From positions 2,859 through 66,858 of the forward strand of contig CAZKOL010000005.1 of NCBI GenBank assembly GCA_964554375.1: 64,000 nt of DNA, written 5' to 3'. The notes under the pieces were generated by a model. That model was not told where the DNA came from and made no database searches. It saw nothing but the letters and a program-made list of their open reading frames with translations. Source of the stretch: an uncultured Dehalococcoidales bacterium. GTDB lineage: Bacteria > Chloroflexota > Dehalococcoidia > GIF9 > UBA5629. Every line of letters starts with the position of its first letter. Position 1 is the stretch's first letter. A program made the position numbers and the translations under genes. Shown in pieces: positions 61,790-64,000 of the stretch.

Positions 61790-62455
61790 ATGATAGTGGT
61801 CCGGGATCTGCTCAAACACTACGGGCGCGGGCGCGGTTCTGTACAGGCGCTTAAGGGCATTGACATGGAGATCGCAGAGGGTGAGTTCGTGGCCATCATG
61901 GGCAGAAGCGGCTCCGGGAAATCCACGTTGCTGCGTATAATGGGGCTGCTGGACATGCCCACTGCGGGAAAACTGCAGATCGACGGTGTGGACGCCCTCA
62001 AGCTGGCCGAGCAGAAGAAAGCCCACTTCAGGCTGAAAAAGATGGGCTATGTATTCCAGGAGCATTCCCTCATCGCAGAGCTGAATGTGCTGGAAAACGT
62101 CTACCTGCCGGCTGTAGGCGACCTCGGGCGCACCGACTATAAGCAAAGGGCCGCGGAGATCCTGGAGATAGTGGGGCTCAAGGATAGGATCAGCCACTAC
62201 CCCAGCGAGATATCGGGAGGGGAACAGCAGCGGGTCGCCATCGCCCGCGCTCTTATCAACCAGCCCAGGACACTTCTGGCGGATGAGCCGACCGCCAGCC
62301 TTGACGAGGATTCATCAAAGGTGGTGCTTGAGCTGTTCTGCAGGCTTAACCGGGAGCTTAAACAGACCATCGTCATGGTCACACACGAGCCGGAGGACAG
62401 GCAGTACGTTGACCGTGTAATATGGATGAAGGACGGCCGCATAGACCATGGTTGA
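61790..62455 (+). CDS. ABC transporter ATP-binding protein (MacB/LolD-type)
   Basis: Walker A 'GRSGSGKSTLL', signature 'ISGGEQQRVAIARAL' and Walker B 'LLADEPT'. Confidence 0.92.
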   Translation: MIVVRDLLKHYGRGRGSVQALKGIDMEIAEGEFVAIMGRSGSGKSTLLRIMGLLDMPTAGKLQIDGVDALKLAEQKKAHFRLKKMGYVFQEHSLIAELNVLENVYLPAVGDLGRTDYKQRAAEILEIVGLKDRISHYPSEISGGEQQRVAIARALINQPRTLLADEPTASLDEDSSKVVLELFCRLNRELKQTIVMVTHEPEDRQYVDRVIWMKDGRIDHG

Positions 62456-62948
62456 GATCAGGGAGATTCAAAACGAGCCGGAGCTGGAACAAAGCGTCCC
62501 GGTCATTCGCCAGGCTTTCAGCACGGTCGCACAAGAGTTTAACCTGACACAACAAAGCGCGCCTACGCACCCCTTCTTTTCTACCATGGAACAACTCATT
62601 GAACTGCATAAAAAGGCGGTTTTTTTCGGCCTGTATGTGGATGAAACCCAGATAGGCTTCGTAGCTGTAGAAAAAGATGAAGGCGGGACCTTCTTTTTAG
62701 GCCGCCTTGCTGTCATTCCTCAATTCAGGCATCACGGTTACGGTACCATGTTAGTTAGATTCGTGCTGGATTACGTTAAAAAGCAGGGAGGACCAAGAGT
62801 TGGTCTGGGCATGATTGATGGCCATACCGTTTTGAAGGATTGGTATAAGTCACTGGGATTTGTTCAGACTGGGACAAAGAAATTCGAGCGCCTGCCCTTC
62901 CTGGTCTGCTTCATGGAGAGGGTCGTCTCAGCCGAGCAGATAGACTAA
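62448..62948 (+). CDS. GNAT-family N-acetyltransferase
   Basis: 'LAVIPQFRHHGYGTMLV' is the acetyl-CoA-binding motif A. The ATG overlaps the ABC gene stop as ATGGTTGA. Confidence 0.85.
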   Translation: MVEIREIQNEPELEQSVPVIRQAFSTVAQEFNLTQQSAPTHPFFSTMEQLIELHKKAVFFGLYVDETQIGFVAVEKDEGGTFFLGRLAVIPQFRHHGYGTMLVRFVLDYVKKQGGPRVGLGMIDGHTVLKDWYKSLGFVQTGTKKFERLPFLVCFMERVVSAEQID

Positions 62949-64000
62949 AACGTCGCTCACATTGGTCCCGGTGGGGCCGGTTATAATCAGCGACCTGCCC
63001 ATCCTGGCAAACAGAGTATTGCTGTCGAACCTGCCGATATAATCGGCGGCGTCCAGACCTGCGGCCCCGGCGGTAGCCAGTGATCGATCGTCCACTATTG
63101 CGCCTGCTACATCCTCCATGTAGTCAGAGCCGTCGGTGCCGGCCGAGGCCACCAGCCAAGTTGGCAAGCATCCCTGCATAGCCAGCATCGATACAGCCGC
63201 ATAGTGCTGGTTCCTACCCCCTTTCCCGGCGTGTTCGGGCAGCGTCGGTGTCGTCTCCCCCCCGATCAGCAGGGCGCCAAAGCCTTTGTAACGGCCCTTC
63301 TTAATTGCGGCGGCCATATCGTAAGCATATTCCGAGGTATCTCCACTCATCTCCGAGGTGATGATGCACGGCTTGATGCCCAGGTCCCTGGCCTTCTCAG
63401 CCATGGCTTCCAGCGCCATGCGGTTATTCCCGATCAGGTGGTTTGTGCAGTTGCGCAGCCTTTTTGGCGTTTCCCTTTCCGAACCCATACAACCTCTTCG
63501 TATGAAATCCACGGCTCCCTGCGGCGCTTTCTCCAGCAGGTCGTATTTCTGCAAAACCTTGAAGGCATCCTGGTAAGTCGAGGGGTCCGGCACGGCGGGG
63601 CCCGATGCGATAACGTCCAGATCGTCCCCGACCACGTCGGAAATAATAAGAGATATGACCCGGGCCGGCGCGAAAAATCCTGCCAGGCCACCGCCCTTGA
63701 TCAGCGAGAGGTGTTTGCGCACCGCGTTTATCTCCTTGATGTCGGCGCCGCACCTCAGGAGAAGTTGTGTTATAAGCTGCTTATCCTCCAGCGTTACTCC
63801 GTTGACGGGACATGGTAGCAGCGCGGAGCCTCCGCCCGATATCAGGCTTACTACCAGGTCCCCTTTTCCTATGCCATACCGGGCTTTCATCGAGAGCATC
63901 TCTCTCACACCCTTAACACCCGCTGTATCTGGAACGGGATGCCCTGCGCCGATGATTCTTATCTTTTCCGTCTCAGTACTCGCCGACTTGCAGTTAACGA
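62928..64000 (-). CDS. Glycerate kinase (MOFRL/DUF4147 family), 5' end beyond window
   Basis: 'LISGGGSALL', 'IGGETT' and 'SAGTDGSDY' are MOFRL-type glycerate-2-kinase blocks. The frame stays open from 63908 to 64000 ('...IIGAGHPVPDTAGVKG...'), so the N-terminus lies outside the window. The 3' end overlaps the GNAT gene by 21 nt. Confidence 0.85.
   Translation of the reverse strand, partial: VNCKSASTETEKIRIIGAGHPVPDTAGVKGVREMLSMKARYGIGKGDLVVSLISGGGSALLPCPVNGVTLEDKQLITQLLLRCGADIKEINAVRKHLSLIKGGGLAGFFAPARVISLIISDVVGDDLDVIASGPAVPDPSTYQDAFKVLQKYDLLEKAPQGAVDFIRRGCMGSERETPKRLRNCTNHLIGNNRMALEAMAEKARDLGIKPCIITSEMSGDTSEYAYDMAAAIKKGRYKGFGALLIGGETTPTLPEHAGKGGRNQHYAAVSMLAMQGCLPTWLVASAGTDGSDYMEDVAGAIVDDRSLATAGAAGLDAADYIGRFDSNTLFARMGRSLIITGPTGTNVSDVLVYLLG

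Overview
Gene-dense 64-kb chromosomal segment with about 60 protein-coding genes on both strands and frequent 4-8 nt start/stop overlaps. GC was judged by eye, not computed, and looks about 55-65% in most genes. The source looks like an uncultivated anaerobic bacterium, but the taxon cannot be assigned from this window alone. I found no rRNA, tRNA, CRISPR array, transposase, integrase or phage genes. Main blocks, left to right: (1) acyl-CoA metabolism plus ispH (1-4.4 kb); (2) a translationally coupled PAC2-family pair (4.6-6.3 kb); (3) a signalling-rich stretch that is visibly decaying (6.5-18.9 kb), holding an RR-PAS-GAF-HD-GYP protein, a glgB pseudogene, a NarL-type two-component pair, an orphan corrinoid protein beside a methyltransferase remnant, a PAS-GGDEF protein and a GNAT remnant; (4) a GlpD / alkyl-DHAP-synthase-like flavoenzyme / FGGY kinase cluster (20.1-25.1 kb); (5) a membrane protein, a metallophosphoesterase lipoprotein and a serpin lipoprotein (25.2-28.6 kb); (6) hypF and hypC-[PD40 lipoprotein]-hypD-hypE-endopeptidase (30.4-36.8 kb); (7) a second PAS-HD-GYP protein divergent from an orphan solute-binding protein; (8) housekeeping genes (rlmB, tilS, maf, CNNM, Smr); (9) a lower-GC insert with an orphan dctP and a triple-repeat lipoprotein (49.7-52.0 kb); (10) a Cache-HAMP-PP2C sensor; (11) a MarR-FtsX/ABC-GNAT module; (12) a 5'-truncated glycerate kinase at the right edge. 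I could not demonstrate a self-contained novel multi-gene system such as a defence island. The best leads are the AGPS-like/GlpD/kinase cluster (possible ether-lipid or polyol-phosphate module), the coupled PAC2 pair, the exported PD40 gene inside the hyp operon, several families of intergenic GC-rich palindromic repeats, a run of internal-deletion gene scars, an apparent AUU start codon, and two promoter geometries that suggest leaderless mRNAs. All functional calls come from motif recognition by eye. No database search was run.
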